From Pseudomonadales bacterium (GTDB lineage: Bacteria; Pseudomonadota; Gammaproteobacteria; Pseudomonadales; IMCC2047), in contig OZ246007.1 of NCBI GenBank assembly GCA_965230515.1, positions 2,585,270 through 2,649,269 on the forward strand: 64,000 nucleotides of DNA, given 5' to 3'. Position numbers and translations under genes: made by a program. Positions within the stretch are counted from its first letter, which is position 1, and every line of letters starts with the position of its first letter. The notes beneath the pieces were generated by a model. It ran no database searches, had not been told where the DNA came from, and saw only the letters and a program-made list of their open reading frames with translations. Shown here piece by piece: positions 31,233 through 40,631 of this stretch.

Positions 31233-32336
31233 ATGAGTCTCGCAGATAAAGTATTGGCAGTGAATAATGACCTGCCTATTCGTACTAACCAACCCGTTCA
31301 CAGTGGTAAAGTCCGCTCGGTTTACTGGCTCTCCGAAGCCGATAGTCGGCGTTTGATTGAGCAGAAAGGCTATGACGTGGCCGCCGATGCGCCTTTGGCG
31401 ATTATGGTGATCAGCGACCGTATTTCTGCATTTGAATGTGTGTGGCATGGCGAAGGTGGAATGAATGGTGTGCCAGGAAAGGGGGCAGCGCTCAACGCTA
31501 TTTCCAATCACTGGTTCAAGTTGTTCCGCGAAAAGGGGCTGGCTGACAGTCATATCCTTGATATTCCTCACCCATTTGTATGGATAGTGCAAAAAGCACG
31601 GCCGGTGATGATTGAGGCAATTTGCCGTCAATATATAACGGGCTCCATGTGGCGTGCGTATAGCAGGGGAGAGCGGGAGTTCTGTGGAATTAACATTGCG
31701 GACGGGTTAAGCAAGGATCAGAAACTACCTGAACTGCTCATAACACCTTCAACCAAAGGTATTCTGGAGGACATTCCCGGCGTTCCTGCCCAGGATGATG
31801 TGAATATCACACGTAAAAATATTGAAGACAATTACCAGGCGTTTAACTTCCAGAATGTCGCGGATATCACATTATATGAAAAGCTGCTAAAAGAGGGTTT
31901 TGAGGTGATCAGCAACAGACTCGCTGAACTGGATCAGATCTTTGTCGATACCAAGTTTGAATTTGGCTATGTGACCGATAAGTCGGGTAATGAAAAGCTG
32001 ATATACATGGATGAAGTTGGTACCCCGGACTCCTCCAGAATCTGGGATGGCCCAGCCTATCGCGAGGGTAAAGTGGTTGAGAATTCCAAAGAAGCCTTCA
32101 GGCAATTATTGCTCAAACATTTTCCCGATCCCGATATTTTGCTTAACAAGGATCGTATGACCGAGCGAACTGCGCTGGCGAGAGATAATGCGCTTCCCGA
32201 ATCGGTATTAATGCAGGTCTCTGAAACCTATCGAGATATCGCACAAAAAATCACCGGAGAACCATTAGTCTTATCGGATAACCCCAAGGCTGAGGTGATT
32301 GAAATTCTTGATCAGCAATATGGCTTAATCGATTAA
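31233..32336 (+). CDS. purC: Phosphoribosylaminoimidazole-succinocarboxamide synthase (long-form SAICAR synthetase)
   Basis: 367 aa form as in Vibrio and Shewanella. Contains [17 protein letters not shown] and [10 protein letters not shown] motifs. Confidence 0.8.
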   Translation: MSLADKVLAVNNDLPIRTNQPVHSGKVRSVYWLSEADSRRLIEQKGYDVAADAPLAIMVISDRISAFECVWHGEGGMNGVPGKGAALNAISNHWFKLFREKGLADSHILDIPHPFVWIVQKARPVMIEAICRQYITGSMWRAYSRGEREFCGINIADGLSKDQKLPELLITPSTKGILEDIPGVPAQDDVNITRKNIEDNYQAFNFQNVADITLYEKLLKEGFEVISNRLAELDQIFVDTKFEFGYVTDKSGNEKLIYMDEVGTPDSSRIWDGPAYREGKVVENSKEAFRQLLLKHFPDPDILLNKDRMTERTALARDNALPESVLMQVSETYRDIAQKITGEPLVLSDNPKAEVIEILDQQYGLID

Positions 32337-32452
32337 ACCTTTAAAAAGAGGGTTTTCCAGGGCAAGTGGTTTAAACCCGTGGAAAACAGGATGTCACCTG
32401 TTTTGAGGCTTGCTGATGCAAGCGCAGTACTATTTTAGAGGAATAGTGGAAT

Positions 32453-33001
32453 ATGGCGGAAGACAAATTGAAAGTAGGTATTATCACCGTAAGTGACCGC
32501 GCCTATCAGGGCACGTATGAGGACAAGGGTGGACCTGCCATCAGGGAGTGGTTAACAGCAGCTGTAAAATCCCCCTGGGATGCGCTGGAAACGATTGTTC
32601 CGGATGAACAGCAGGAGATTGAGAAAAAGCTGATCGAATTTTCGGACCAGGAAAAATGTCACTTAATTTTAACAACGGGTGGTACCGGTCCCGCAAAGAG
32701 AGATGTCACCCCTGAGGCTACCCTGGCCGTTGCCGATAAGGTGATGGATGGCTTTGGAGAAAGAATGCGGGGCATCAGTCTGAAATACGTTCCAACAGCG
32801 ATACTATCCAGGCAGGTAGGTGTGTTACGTGGCGACAGTTTGATTATCAATTTTCCTGGCCAGCCTAAAGCTATTAAAGAAACCATGGATGAGCTGTTTG
32901 AAGCTATACCCTACTGTATCGAATTAATGGATGGACCCTATATTGAGACAAATGAAGAGATTGTTGTAGCGTTCCGCCCGAAATCGGCGAAAAAGAGATA
33001 A
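32453..33001 (+). CDS. mog: Molybdopterin adenylyltransferase MogA
   Basis: KVGIITVSDRA... and TTGGTGPAKRDVTPEAT motifs of the MoaB/Mog family. Confidence 0.8.
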   Translation: MAEDKLKVGIITVSDRAYQGTYEDKGGPAIREWLTAAVKSPWDALETIVPDEQQEIEKKLIEFSDQEKCHLILTTGGTGPAKRDVTPEATLAVADKVMDGFGERMRGISLKYVPTAILSRQVGVLRGDSLIINFPGQPKAIKETMDELFEAIPYCIELMDGPYIETNEEIVVAFRPKSAKKR

Positions 33002-33274
33002 TTGCATCTGATTATCATATTGTAGTCGGGACCCATCCAGGCCGGATCAACGGTTTTCCAGGTGTCCTGAAACTGTAGTCGCTAGATTTCAGCTATCCTT
33101 TTGTTCTGTGTTCAACCCATCTTACAAAGCCTGCGTTTGGCAGGCTTCACAAGTTTTTTCATTTCTGGTAAACCAAAATCCTTTGGATTGCACTAACGGA
33201 CGAACCTGATATTTTCTGCGAATCAGAATATCATTAATTCCTATCTCGTCGGCGATACAAAAAAGGAGATTTTT

Positions 33275-35029
33275 ATGCGCTCTTTGTTCCGGGCAAACTA
33301 TGGCAATGGGGTCGGTTGCTTTCTTATCGGGCTGGTATTTTTGCTATTGCAAGGCTGTTTCGAAACGGACGGGACGAGTGGTGCGGGTGCCGGACCGATT
33401 CCTCTTCCTCCCGCTATCGATAATGTGCCTCAATCCCAGCCTCAAACAGAGCAGATGGAGAAGGCTTCGCGGCTGGCAGCGCGAGCCACTTTTGGATTGA
33501 ACTATGGCGCTATTGAACAGATTGCGACATTGGGCCAGGAAAACTGGTTAGCAGGACAGTTCTTAATGCCGGTCGGGCTGCACACACCAATAGTAGAGGA
33601 GTTGTTAAGACTTCAGGAAAAGGGGCAGTTCGAGCAGATAGAAACCGATATTGAAAATTTCGAGTTCTTTTTTCGCAGGCTGGCACTCTGGCAGCAGCTA
33701 ATGAATGCTCCAGATGTTTTGCGGCAACGGATTGCCTTCGCACTCAGTGAGATTTTTGTCGTATCCGACCAGGTGGATGCGTTATTTATTCACCCCAGGG
33801 CATTGAGCCATTATTACGACACCCTGCTCATCCATTCGTTTGGAAATTTCAGGGATCTGCTTAAAGCCGTCACCCTGCATCCGGCAATGGGTATCTATCT
33901 GAGTCATGTGAATAATCGCAAGGCCATTCCGGAGAAAAATACTTTTCCGGACGAAAACTATGCGCGAGAGGTTATGCAGCTTTTTTCCATTGGGCTGTTT
34001 GAATTAAACGAAGACGGTTCGCTGATATTGGATGAGCAGGGAGCCCCAATTGCAACCTATAGCAATCGCGAGATTCGTGAGTTTGCCAAAATTTTTACCG
34101 GGCTTTCCTTTGGCGGTGAAGGTGCCTTTTTTGGGAATCCTCATCCCAATTTTGTAGAACCGATGCAGATGTTTGACCAACATCATGAGCCGGGGGAGAA
34201 ATATCTACTCCATAATCAGGTGGTCGATGCCGGGCAAAGTGGTGATATGGATATAGAGGATGCCATTGATAATCTTTTTTACCATCCGAATGTTGGGCCC
34301 TTTATCGGAAAGCAGTTAATCCAGAGGCTGGTTACTTCAAACCCTTCACCGGAATATGTAGCAAGGGTGGCCAAAGTCTTTAACGGAGAGCCGGGTAGCA
34401 CTGGTGACCCCAGTGGTGTGCGGGGTGATATGCAGGCTGTGATTAAAGCGATATTGCTGGATCCTGAGGCAAATACAAGTGAGGTTCCTGATAACTACTT
34501 TGGAAAACTACGCGAACCTCTGTTGCGTTATACCTCACTGCTCAGGCAATTTAATGCGTCAAGTGCGGATGGCTTTTTTGCTAATCTGGGGTTGTATGTT
34601 CAGGAGTTGGCGCGCCAGCATCCTCTTTCTGCGCCCAGCGTATTCAATTTTTATCAGCCGGGTTACTCGCCGCCGGGCACTGTTTCGGAAAGCGGGTTGG
34701 TTGCCCCGGAGTTTCAGGTGACTAACAGTAGCAGCATTGTTGGCATCTCCAACCTGGCGGATATTGTGCTGCTCGGTGAAAAGGTCAATGACTTCCAGGA
34801 ACCGCCATTTGCGGCAGCGGAGCTGGATTTAAATGAGTATTTAATGATTGCAGAAGATGCCGGGCAGCTACTTGACCGGTTGGATCTGGTCATGACTTTC
34901 GGTCAGCTATCGAAGGCCACCCGGTCTGTGATTGAGGGCGTGATAGAACAGATCCCTGATTCTGAGGTGAAGGTTAAAATCGCCATCTATTTGATTTTTA
35001 CTTCACCGGACTACGCGATTCGAACATAG
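33275..35029 (+). CDS. DUF1800 family protein (secreted)
   Basis: 584 aa. The pattern (FWHNHF-like region replaced by ALSEIFVVS..., MGIYLSHVNN, FPDENYAREVMQLFSIG) is recalled from DUF1800. It has the characteristic pairing with a downstream DUF1501 gene. Confidence 0.6.
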   Translation: MRSLFRANYGNGVGCFLIGLVFLLLQGCFETDGTSGAGAGPIPLPPAIDNVPQSQPQTEQMEKASRLAARATFGLNYGAIEQIATLGQENWLAGQFLMPVGLHTPIVEELLRLQEKGQFEQIETDIENFEFFFRRLALWQQLMNAPDVLRQRIAFALSEIFVVSDQVDALFIHPRALSHYYDTLLIHSFGNFRDLLKAVTLHPAMGIYLSHVNNRKAIPEKNTFPDENYAREVMQLFSIGLFELNEDGSLILDEQGAPIATYSNREIREFAKIFTGLSFGGEGAFFGNPHPNFVEPMQMFDQHHEPGEKYLLHNQVVDAGQSGDMDIEDAIDNLFYHPNVGPFIGKQLIQRLVTSNPSPEYVARVAKVFNGEPGSTGDPSGVRGDMQAVIKAILLDPEANTSEVPDNYFGKLREPLLRYTSLLRQFNASSADGFFANLGLYVQELARQHPLSAPSVFNFYQPGYSPPGTVSESGLVAPEFQVTNSSSIVGISNLADIVLLGEKVNDFQEPPFAAAELDLNEYLMIAEDAGQLLDRLDLVMTFGQLSKATRSVIEGVIEQIPDSEVKVKIAIYLIFTSPDYAIRT

Positions 35030-35062
35030 CGTCCTGAGGTGCGACTACCAAGGAGTGAAACA

Positions 35063-36448
35063 ATGATTTCCAGGCGAAAATTTTTAAGTCATAGCTGTAC
35101 TTTGGGAGCGGCAACCGCTGCATTTTCATCTTCCCTCCTGTCGCTCGGGGCAGCCCGAACAATCGCAGCTCAGTCTGCCGGAGAGTATCGTGCTCTGGTC
35201 TGTATTTTGCTGGCCGGAGGCAATGATTCCTACAATATGTTGATTCCAACGGATCAGGATCAGTATGGTGAATACCAAAACCTAAGGTCAGATCTGGCAC
35301 TTCCGATTCAGGAATTATTGCCTCTTTCCGGAACCACTGATGATGGTAGAGGTTTTGCTTTGCACCCTGGAATGCCAGAAGTACAGGCTCTTTTTGATGA
35401 TGGCGAACTGGGGCTGGTGGCCAATGTGGGGACCTTGGTAGAACCTCTGGATACACATCTTTTGCAGGCCGGTACAGCAAAAACCCCGTTGGGGCTATTC
35501 TCTCATGCCGATCAAATTGCCCAGTGGCAAACGGCCGTCACCGATAACCGGGTTCGGCGCGGCTGGGCAGGGCGTATCGCTGATTTAGAGCAGCGCATAA
35601 GCCCTGAAGAGGGGGTTTTTACCAATATTTCCCTATCCGGGAATAACCTGTTTCAAAGTGGTGAAAGGGCTTCACCCTATAGTGTTGAAGCATCGGGAGA
35701 AGGTGTTTCGGGAATCTATGCCTATGATGACGGTACAGAGTTTGGTGAGTTTAGAAAGCAAATGATTGATCAATTGCTGGCGGTTCAGCAGAGCCATCAG
35801 CTGCGGCGGGAGTATGGTGCGATCCTGAGAGATGCAATAGGCAACCAGCAGGTATTTGCCCAGGCCCTCGCTTCGTCCCAACCTTTGGTAACGGAATTTT
35901 CTGGTAATCACATGTCCCAGAGTTTGCGTCAGATCGCAAGGGTAATGGCAGCGCGGGAATTATTGGGACAGGCAAGGCAGGTGTTCTTTGTAACGATAGG
36001 GGGCTGGGATCACCACGATGACCTGATTAGTAACCAGGCAAGAATGTTGCCGATGGTGAGTAAAGGCCTTCAGGAATTCAGGAATGCACTCGCAGAACTG
36101 GGTTTATTTGATCAGGTGACGACCTTTACCATATCGGATTTTGGCCGCACCTTAACCTCAAATGGAAAGGGCTCGGATCATGGCTGGGGTGGGCACCATC
36201 TGGTGATGGGCGGTGCGGTCAAGGGTGGACAAATATATGGAAAGTACCCGCTACTCTATTCAGGAAGTCCGTTGGACGTAGGGCGCGGGGTATATGCACC
36301 CACAACTTCGGTTGACGAATACTTTGCTGATCTGGCCCTGTGGTACGGTGTTTCTGCAAGTGACCTGGATCTGGTATTACCAAATATACGGCGCTTCCAT
36401 TCGCCGGAATCAGGTGCTGCACCTTTGGATATGCTGCACCGGATCTAA
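35063..36448 (+). CDS. DUF1501 family protein (Tat-exported, sulfatase-like fold)
   Basis: Twin-arginine signal (SRRKFLSHS...AAF). DUF1501-like motifs GGNDSYNMLIP, GGWDHH and FGRT. AAGGAG SD before the ATG at 35063. Confidence 0.7.
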   Translation: MISRRKFLSHSCTLGAATAAFSSSLLSLGAARTIAAQSAGEYRALVCILLAGGNDSYNMLIPTDQDQYGEYQNLRSDLALPIQELLPLSGTTDDGRGFALHPGMPEVQALFDDGELGLVANVGTLVEPLDTHLLQAGTAKTPLGLFSHADQIAQWQTAVTDNRVRRGWAGRIADLEQRISPEEGVFTNISLSGNNLFQSGERASPYSVEASGEGVSGIYAYDDGTEFGEFRKQMIDQLLAVQQSHQLRREYGAILRDAIGNQQVFAQALASSQPLVTEFSGNHMSQSLRQIARVMAARELLGQARQVFFVTIGGWDHHDDLISNQARMLPMVSKGLQEFRNALAELGLFDQVTTFTISDFGRTLTSNGKGSDHGWGGHHLVMGGAVKGGQIYGKYPLLYSGSPLDVGRGVYAPTTSVDEYFADLALWYGVSASDLDLVLPNIRRFHSPESGAAPLDMLHRI

Positions 36449-36508
36449 AGGGTCTAATTGGGTAAACCGAACGGGTTTTAATCGCACTAACTAAAAGCAA
36501 CGGATGAA

Positions 36509-37054
36509 ATGGCCGGGATAGAGCAAAGCGATGCAGAATTGGTAAAGCAATTCCAGGGTGGAGACCTGCGGGCCTTTGAGCTTTTTATGATGCGGTTTCA
36601 GGACAGGGTTTACAGGCTGTCTTTGATATGGCTAAAGGATGAACACCAGGCGGCAGATGTGACGCAGGAGGTTTTTATCAGGGCCTATAAGGGGCTCGGC
36701 AAATTTCGTTTCCGTGCTACACCTTTTACCTGGTTATACCGCACTACCTTTAATATTTGCCGTGAATGTAATCGCAAGAAAGTGGCGGAGCAGCTAACGG
36801 AAGAGCCCATAAGTGACGGGCCCAGTATAGAGCGACAGGTGAGTATCGAGCAAAGCGCCCGCCAAATCAGGGGATTGGTTTCCCGGTTACCGCAACGTCA
36901 ACAGGAGGTGGTTGTTTTGCGTCTGTTTGAGCAGTTTTCCGTTACTGATACCGCACGTTTAATGAAATGCCGTGAGGGTACGGTCAAAGCCTTATTGAAT
37001 AAGGCGATGGGCAAACTTAAATTAAACCAGAAATTATTGAGTGACTACCGATGA
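36509..37054 (+). CDS. ECF-type RNA polymerase sigma factor
   Basis: Region 2 (DVTQEVFIRAYKGL, FTWLYRTTFNICRE) and region 4 (LPQRQQEVVVLRLFEQFSVTDTARLM). Confidence 0.8.
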   Translation: MAGIEQSDAELVKQFQGGDLRAFELFMMRFQDRVYRLSLIWLKDEHQAADVTQEVFIRAYKGLGKFRFRATPFTWLYRTTFNICRECNRKKVAEQLTEEPISDGPSIERQVSIEQSARQIRGLVSRLPQRQQEVVVLRLFEQFSVTDTARLMKCREGTVKALLNKAMGKLKLNQKLLSDYR

Positions 37055-37425
37055 CCGATCAGAAAGATCAGGAGAATACGCGTAAGGGTCAAGCGCTAAG
37101 AGAGCAGTACCGAAAAATTGAAGCGCCGCCTTTTTTAGCATCCCGAGTGGTTGCCAATCTGGAGGCTGGTAGTTCCGAATCCCGTAGTTGGAAGCCGGTT
37201 TTTGTGAGCGCTGTTTTACTGGTAGTGGTTGCGTTATGGCTACCCTCGGGTGACCAGGAACCAGCAATGGATTCGGGGCGTGAAGGTTTGTTGTCGTTAG
37301 GGCGGATGTCAGCAGCACTGCCTGCCAAACCTGAAATAAGCGTCCCGGGTTTTTCAAGGATCAAGTCTGTTAGTGCCCCGCCGATGTCGGTGCGGATCCC
37401 GTCAATAAGTTCAACTAAGAGCTGA
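37051..37425 (+). CDS. Putative small single-pass anti-sigma factor
   Basis: 4-bp overlap with the sigma gene and one TM segment (VFVSAVLLVVVALWL). Called on position only. Confidence 0.4.
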   Translation: MTDQKDQENTRKGQALREQYRKIEAPPFLASRVVANLEAGSSESRSWKPVFVSAVLLVVVALWLPSGDQEPAMDSGREGLLSLGRMSAALPAKPEISVPGFSRIKSVSAPPMSVRIPSISSTKS

Positions 37426-37434
37426 TAGTTCAAT

Positions 37435-37863
37435 ATGAGGAATAGTGATATGAGTAATATTAAGAAGACTTTTAAACAACTGTTGGTAGTGGTAACTCTG
37501 GCGCAACCTTTGGTGTTGCACGCACAAGGTCCAACACCTGACGACCTGAACCGAATGCAGGTGTTTCTAAGTCTGATGCAGGATTACTTCCATATAATCG
37601 GTTCCGCTCATGAAGTGGCCTCCGATCCGGAAAAGTCAGCCATATTGCAGATGCAAAAAATCCAGGAGATTTATGAAGAGCGTGGCGAGAAAGCACGAGC
37701 GGTGGAGATATTTGAAGACACCTTAAACAAAACCAGTAATCCGACGATTCGTAACGCCGCCTATATGCTGATGAGTGATACGCTTAAGGAAACCGGGCGT
37801 TCTGACCGGGCAATCACACTGCTAAAAAAGGGGTTGTCTGAAAATCTTGGGAATGCGAAGTGA
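37435..37863 (+). CDS. Hypothetical secreted helical protein
   Basis: Signal peptide (LVVVTLAQPLVLHAQG). Follows the sigma/anti-sigma pair. The start could instead be 37450. Confidence 0.4.
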   Translation: MRNSDMSNIKKTFKQLLVVVTLAQPLVLHAQGPTPDDLNRMQVFLSLMQDYFHIIGSAHEVASDPEKSAILQMQKIQEIYEERGEKARAVEIFEDTLNKTSNPTIRNAAYMLMSDTLKETGRSDRAITLLKKGLSENLGNAK

Positions 37864-38036
37864 TTTGGCTGATGGATGAAAGGTGACCGAGGGATTATTT
37901 TTTTGATCAGTTGCTGATTGGTTTATTTTTAATCACTACGTTACCTATTTATGATCCGGATTTCAGTTCTAACCAGCGAATACACAGTGTGTGGAGAATC
38001 GGGCACCCTGTATAAGAAGTGTAAGGGATACCTTTA

Positions 38037-38987
38037 ATGCTAAACATACTGTCTATCACCACCCCGATCTATATTTTAATTGCTGTTGGATTCCTGGCTG
38101 TCCGGTGGGGCGTGTTTACAAAAGAGGATTCGACCAGGCTCGGAAAGTTTGTCCTCAATTTTGCCTTACCCGCGCTGCTGTTTAAAACCCTTTCTCAGCG
38201 GCCCTTTGCAGAGGTCTTTGATCTGGGTTATCTGGCCGCTTATGGCGTTGGTTCACTCCTGGTGTTTTTCGCAGCGTATTTTTTTGCCCGTGTACACCGC
38301 AAAGGGGAAAATCCTTTTCATGCCTTATTTGGTATGGGAATGGCATTTTCCAATACCGCGTTTATCGGATATCCGATCCTCTCCCAGTGGCTCGGACCGA
38401 AGGCTGCGGTCGCCCTGGCGCTGTGCATGTTGATTGAGAATCTGCTGTTATTGCCGTTAATGCTGGTGTTGGCGGAAAGGGGTCAGGACACAGGTGTCCA
38501 GCGATGGCGTGTTGCACTTCGCTCGCTTCGCAACCTGACAAAAAACCCGCTCATTATTGCGATTGCAGTGGGCTTTGGTTTTTCCTTCGTTGGAATGCGG
38601 TTGCCGGAACCGGTTTCGCGCCCGATTGAACTGCTCGCCGCAGCCTCTGTTCCCGTTGCACTTTTTGTTATTGGCGGGTCGTTGGTTGGCCTGAAGATAA
38701 GGGGAATGATGCGGGATGTCGTCGTCGTAGCGGCGGGCAAACTGCTTCTCCATCCGTTGGTTGTGGGATTGATGTTGTGGTGGCTTCCGCCTATCGATCC
38801 GGTCTATCGAGCGGCGGCCCTGGGTTTCGCCTGTATGCCTATGTTGAGCATTTATCCGATTCTCGCCCAAAAGTATCAGCTTGAAGGATTCTGTGCTGCC
38901 GCCGTGCTGATCACTACCTGGCTTTCTTTCTTCACGATCAGCATCATTTTCTGGCTGATGGGAGATCTGCTTCGTTGGGCGGGATAA
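38037..38987 (+). CDS. AEC (auxin efflux carrier) family transporter
   Basis: 316 aa, about 10 TM segments. The N-terminus MLNILSITTPIYILIAVGFLAVRWG and overall pattern are typical of AEC/MdcF-like permeases. Confidence 0.8.
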   Translation: MLNILSITTPIYILIAVGFLAVRWGVFTKEDSTRLGKFVLNFALPALLFKTLSQRPFAEVFDLGYLAAYGVGSLLVFFAAYFFARVHRKGENPFHALFGMGMAFSNTAFIGYPILSQWLGPKAAVALALCMLIENLLLLPLMLVLAERGQDTGVQRWRVALRSLRNLTKNPLIIAIAVGFGFSFVGMRLPEPVSRPIELLAAASVPVALFVIGGSLVGLKIRGMMRDVVVVAAGKLLLHPLVVGLMLWWLPPIDPVYRAAALGFACMPMLSIYPILAQKYQLEGFCAAAVLITTWLSFFTISIIFWLMGDLLRWAG

Positions 38988-39018
38988 GGAAGGCTGTGTT
39001 TCACTGACTCGGTCTTCA

Positions 39019-39283
39019 AGGGAACTTCTGAATAACTCCTTAATGCCTCTGCGAGACCTCAAAGCTATAGCTGCAAGGCAGGAACTGCCGCTAATGCTCA
39101 TTGCCTTAGCAAAGTTTCTAACGCCGCAGATGAATCTTTCAGACCTCGCCCTGCGGGGCATACAGATCATTCGCAGCTCAGTGTTAGCTTTGTTTGCCAG
39201 GTCTGGACATTACTGCACAAAGCCGCCTTGATCTACAAAAGCTCTATATGCCAGAGGGATCAAGGAGTTATTCAGCGGTTCCC
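39019..39283. mobile_element. MITE-like non-coding element (~265 bp) with 32-nt imperfect terminal inverted repeats
   Basis: Left end is gggaacttctgaataactccttaatgcctctg (39019-39050). The reverse complement of 39252-39283 is gggaaccgctgaataactccttgatccctctg (28/32 match). The first ~112 bp recur at 16399-16510 in inverted orientation. Confidence 0.55.
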
Positions 39284-39435
39284 AAGATTCATTAATAAAC
39301 CAAACATTATTTAATGTTTGTCTATATACAAAGAGGTGTTAATTCTTCCGATACCCGCCTATACTTTTTGCTCATGGATTGTCCACTGACAATACCATTT
39401 GCAACCCACACCGCATGTTAAAGGAGGAGGTAAAG

Positions 39436-39696
39436 ATGAAAACAACAAGTTCATTCTGTATCACCGCTGCTCTGATGGTGTTTATATTCGCTGGCGGCCC
39501 GGCTGTTGCCAACGAGCGTCGTTGCTGTAATGTCCCGAAAGGCAGCTGGGTTAAACAACCACCTTTTATGACACTGGATAGATGTCGGGCCATACCCCAG
39601 CATGCCTGGGAGGGAACGCCGGGAGCCAAGGCCTGCACCAAGGGCCGTAAGGGGCCGCCCACCAATCCACCACCCCCTCCGCCGAGTCACCGCTAG
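39436..39696 (+). CDS. Small secreted Cys-rich protein with poly-proline tail (86 aa)
   Basis: Strong SD (AAGGAGGAGG) 6 nt upstream of the ATG. Signal peptide (…AGGPAVA), 4 Cys (CC..C..C) and C-terminal PPTNPPPPPPSHR. Followed by a strong terminator. Confidence 0.55.
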   Translation: MKTTSSFCITAALMVFIFAGGPAVANERRCCNVPKGSWVKQPPFMTLDRCRAIPQHAWEGTPGAKACTKGRKGPPTNPPPPPPSHR

Positions 39697-39718
39697 GCGG
39701 GCTTAACGGTTTGGTGTC

Positions 39719-39751
39719 GGGGGCGGTGTTTTTAAATACGCCCCCTTTTTT
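39719..39751 (+). terminator. Rho-independent terminator
   Basis: 7-bp GC stem GGGGGCG / CGCCCCC with a 13-nt loop, followed directly by TTTTTT. Confidence 0.7.
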
Positions 39752-39758
39752 GCCAATC

Positions 39759-40349
39759 CTATTCGTCAGCGATCAGATCATTCAAAGTACCTAGCTCCTC
39801 ACGGCATTCTTTTCGGGCTATTCGCACCGGTTTGCGTGATTCCAGTGCCTCAGTCAGTTCGGCTTTGTCAACTTCGCCATCGGCACTACTGTCGATATGA
39901 GCGAATTTGACCTCGACTCCGGCAATTTTGCCAGCGCTGTATTCACTCCAGTCGAGATAGCCGTCGCCATTAGTGTCTGCCGCTGCAAATTTTTCTTCAG
40001 CGGTCATGTGCTCGGGTAAATCAATACCCAGTTTATCTTCCAAACACTCACGCATCGCATCGCGGTCAATCGGGTCTTGCGGTGGCGTGTGGCCTGCCAG
40101 TATTTCATCGAAGGTTAATAATTCATCGCCATCGCTATCGAGTGCAGCAAATTTTTCTTCCGCTTTCTCAAGCTTCGGCGTGACAAACTCGTCAAAGGAG
40201 ATCGTATCGCTTTGATCAGAATCCAGCTTTTCAAAGAGTCGATCTACCACAAGTTCGATACTAACACCTCGATGTCCGCCAGGCGCAGCACTGATGCCGG
40301 TGGCAAAAAGCGTTGCCATGGTTAAACCAATGAGTTGATTCAACTTCAT
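39759..40349 (-). CDS. Secreted EF-hand calcium-binding protein (4 EF-hand loops)
   Basis: Signal peptide. DxDxDG-type loops present: DSDQSDTISFDEF, DSDGDELLTFDEI, DTNGDGYLDWSEY, DSSADGEVDKAEL. Confidence 0.75.
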   Translation of the reverse strand: MKLNQLIGLTMATLFATGISAAPGGHRGVSIELVVDRLFEKLDSDQSDTISFDEFVTPKLEKAEEKFAALDSDGDELLTFDEILAGHTPPQDPIDRDAMRECLEDKLGIDLPEHMTAEEKFAAADTNGDGYLDWSEYSAGKIAGVEVKFAHIDSSADGEVDKAELTEALESRKPVRIARKECREELGTLNDLIADE

Positions 40350-40631
40350 TTTTTTTCTCCATTTCAGTTAAAAGATTAAACATAATGCTCCATGTTCAAT
40401 GCTTATAACGCACGGCGGTTTTATTGGTTGACGAAAAAAGTTTTATTTTTCATAAGCTGGATATGCAGAGATAATTAGATGAACATAATGGTTGGATACC
40501 TTTTAAGAGATGCTGAATATTTCAATATTGATATGTAGTTGGTGCCAGCGATAATGGGCATAAATGGGTGGCCCTTGGGTCAGGAGTCACCCTGATAATT
40601 AATTTATACAGGATAAGATAACGGGATATTT

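Noticed and set aside
31185-31631. 148-aa minus-strand ORF
   Set aside because: It is antisense to the 5' part of purC. It has no SD and no recognisable family.
33127-33159. Hairpin AAGCCTGC/GCAGGCTT after mog, considered as a possible terminator
   Set aside because: The T-run starts 6 nt after the stem and the stem is only 8 bp. This is too weak to annotate without folding-energy calculations.
38457-39170. 237-aa minus-strand ORF
   Set aside because: It is antisense to the well-supported AEC transporter gene. It is Arg/His/Gln-rich and low-complexity, typical of a shadow ORF, and it also runs into the MITE-like element.
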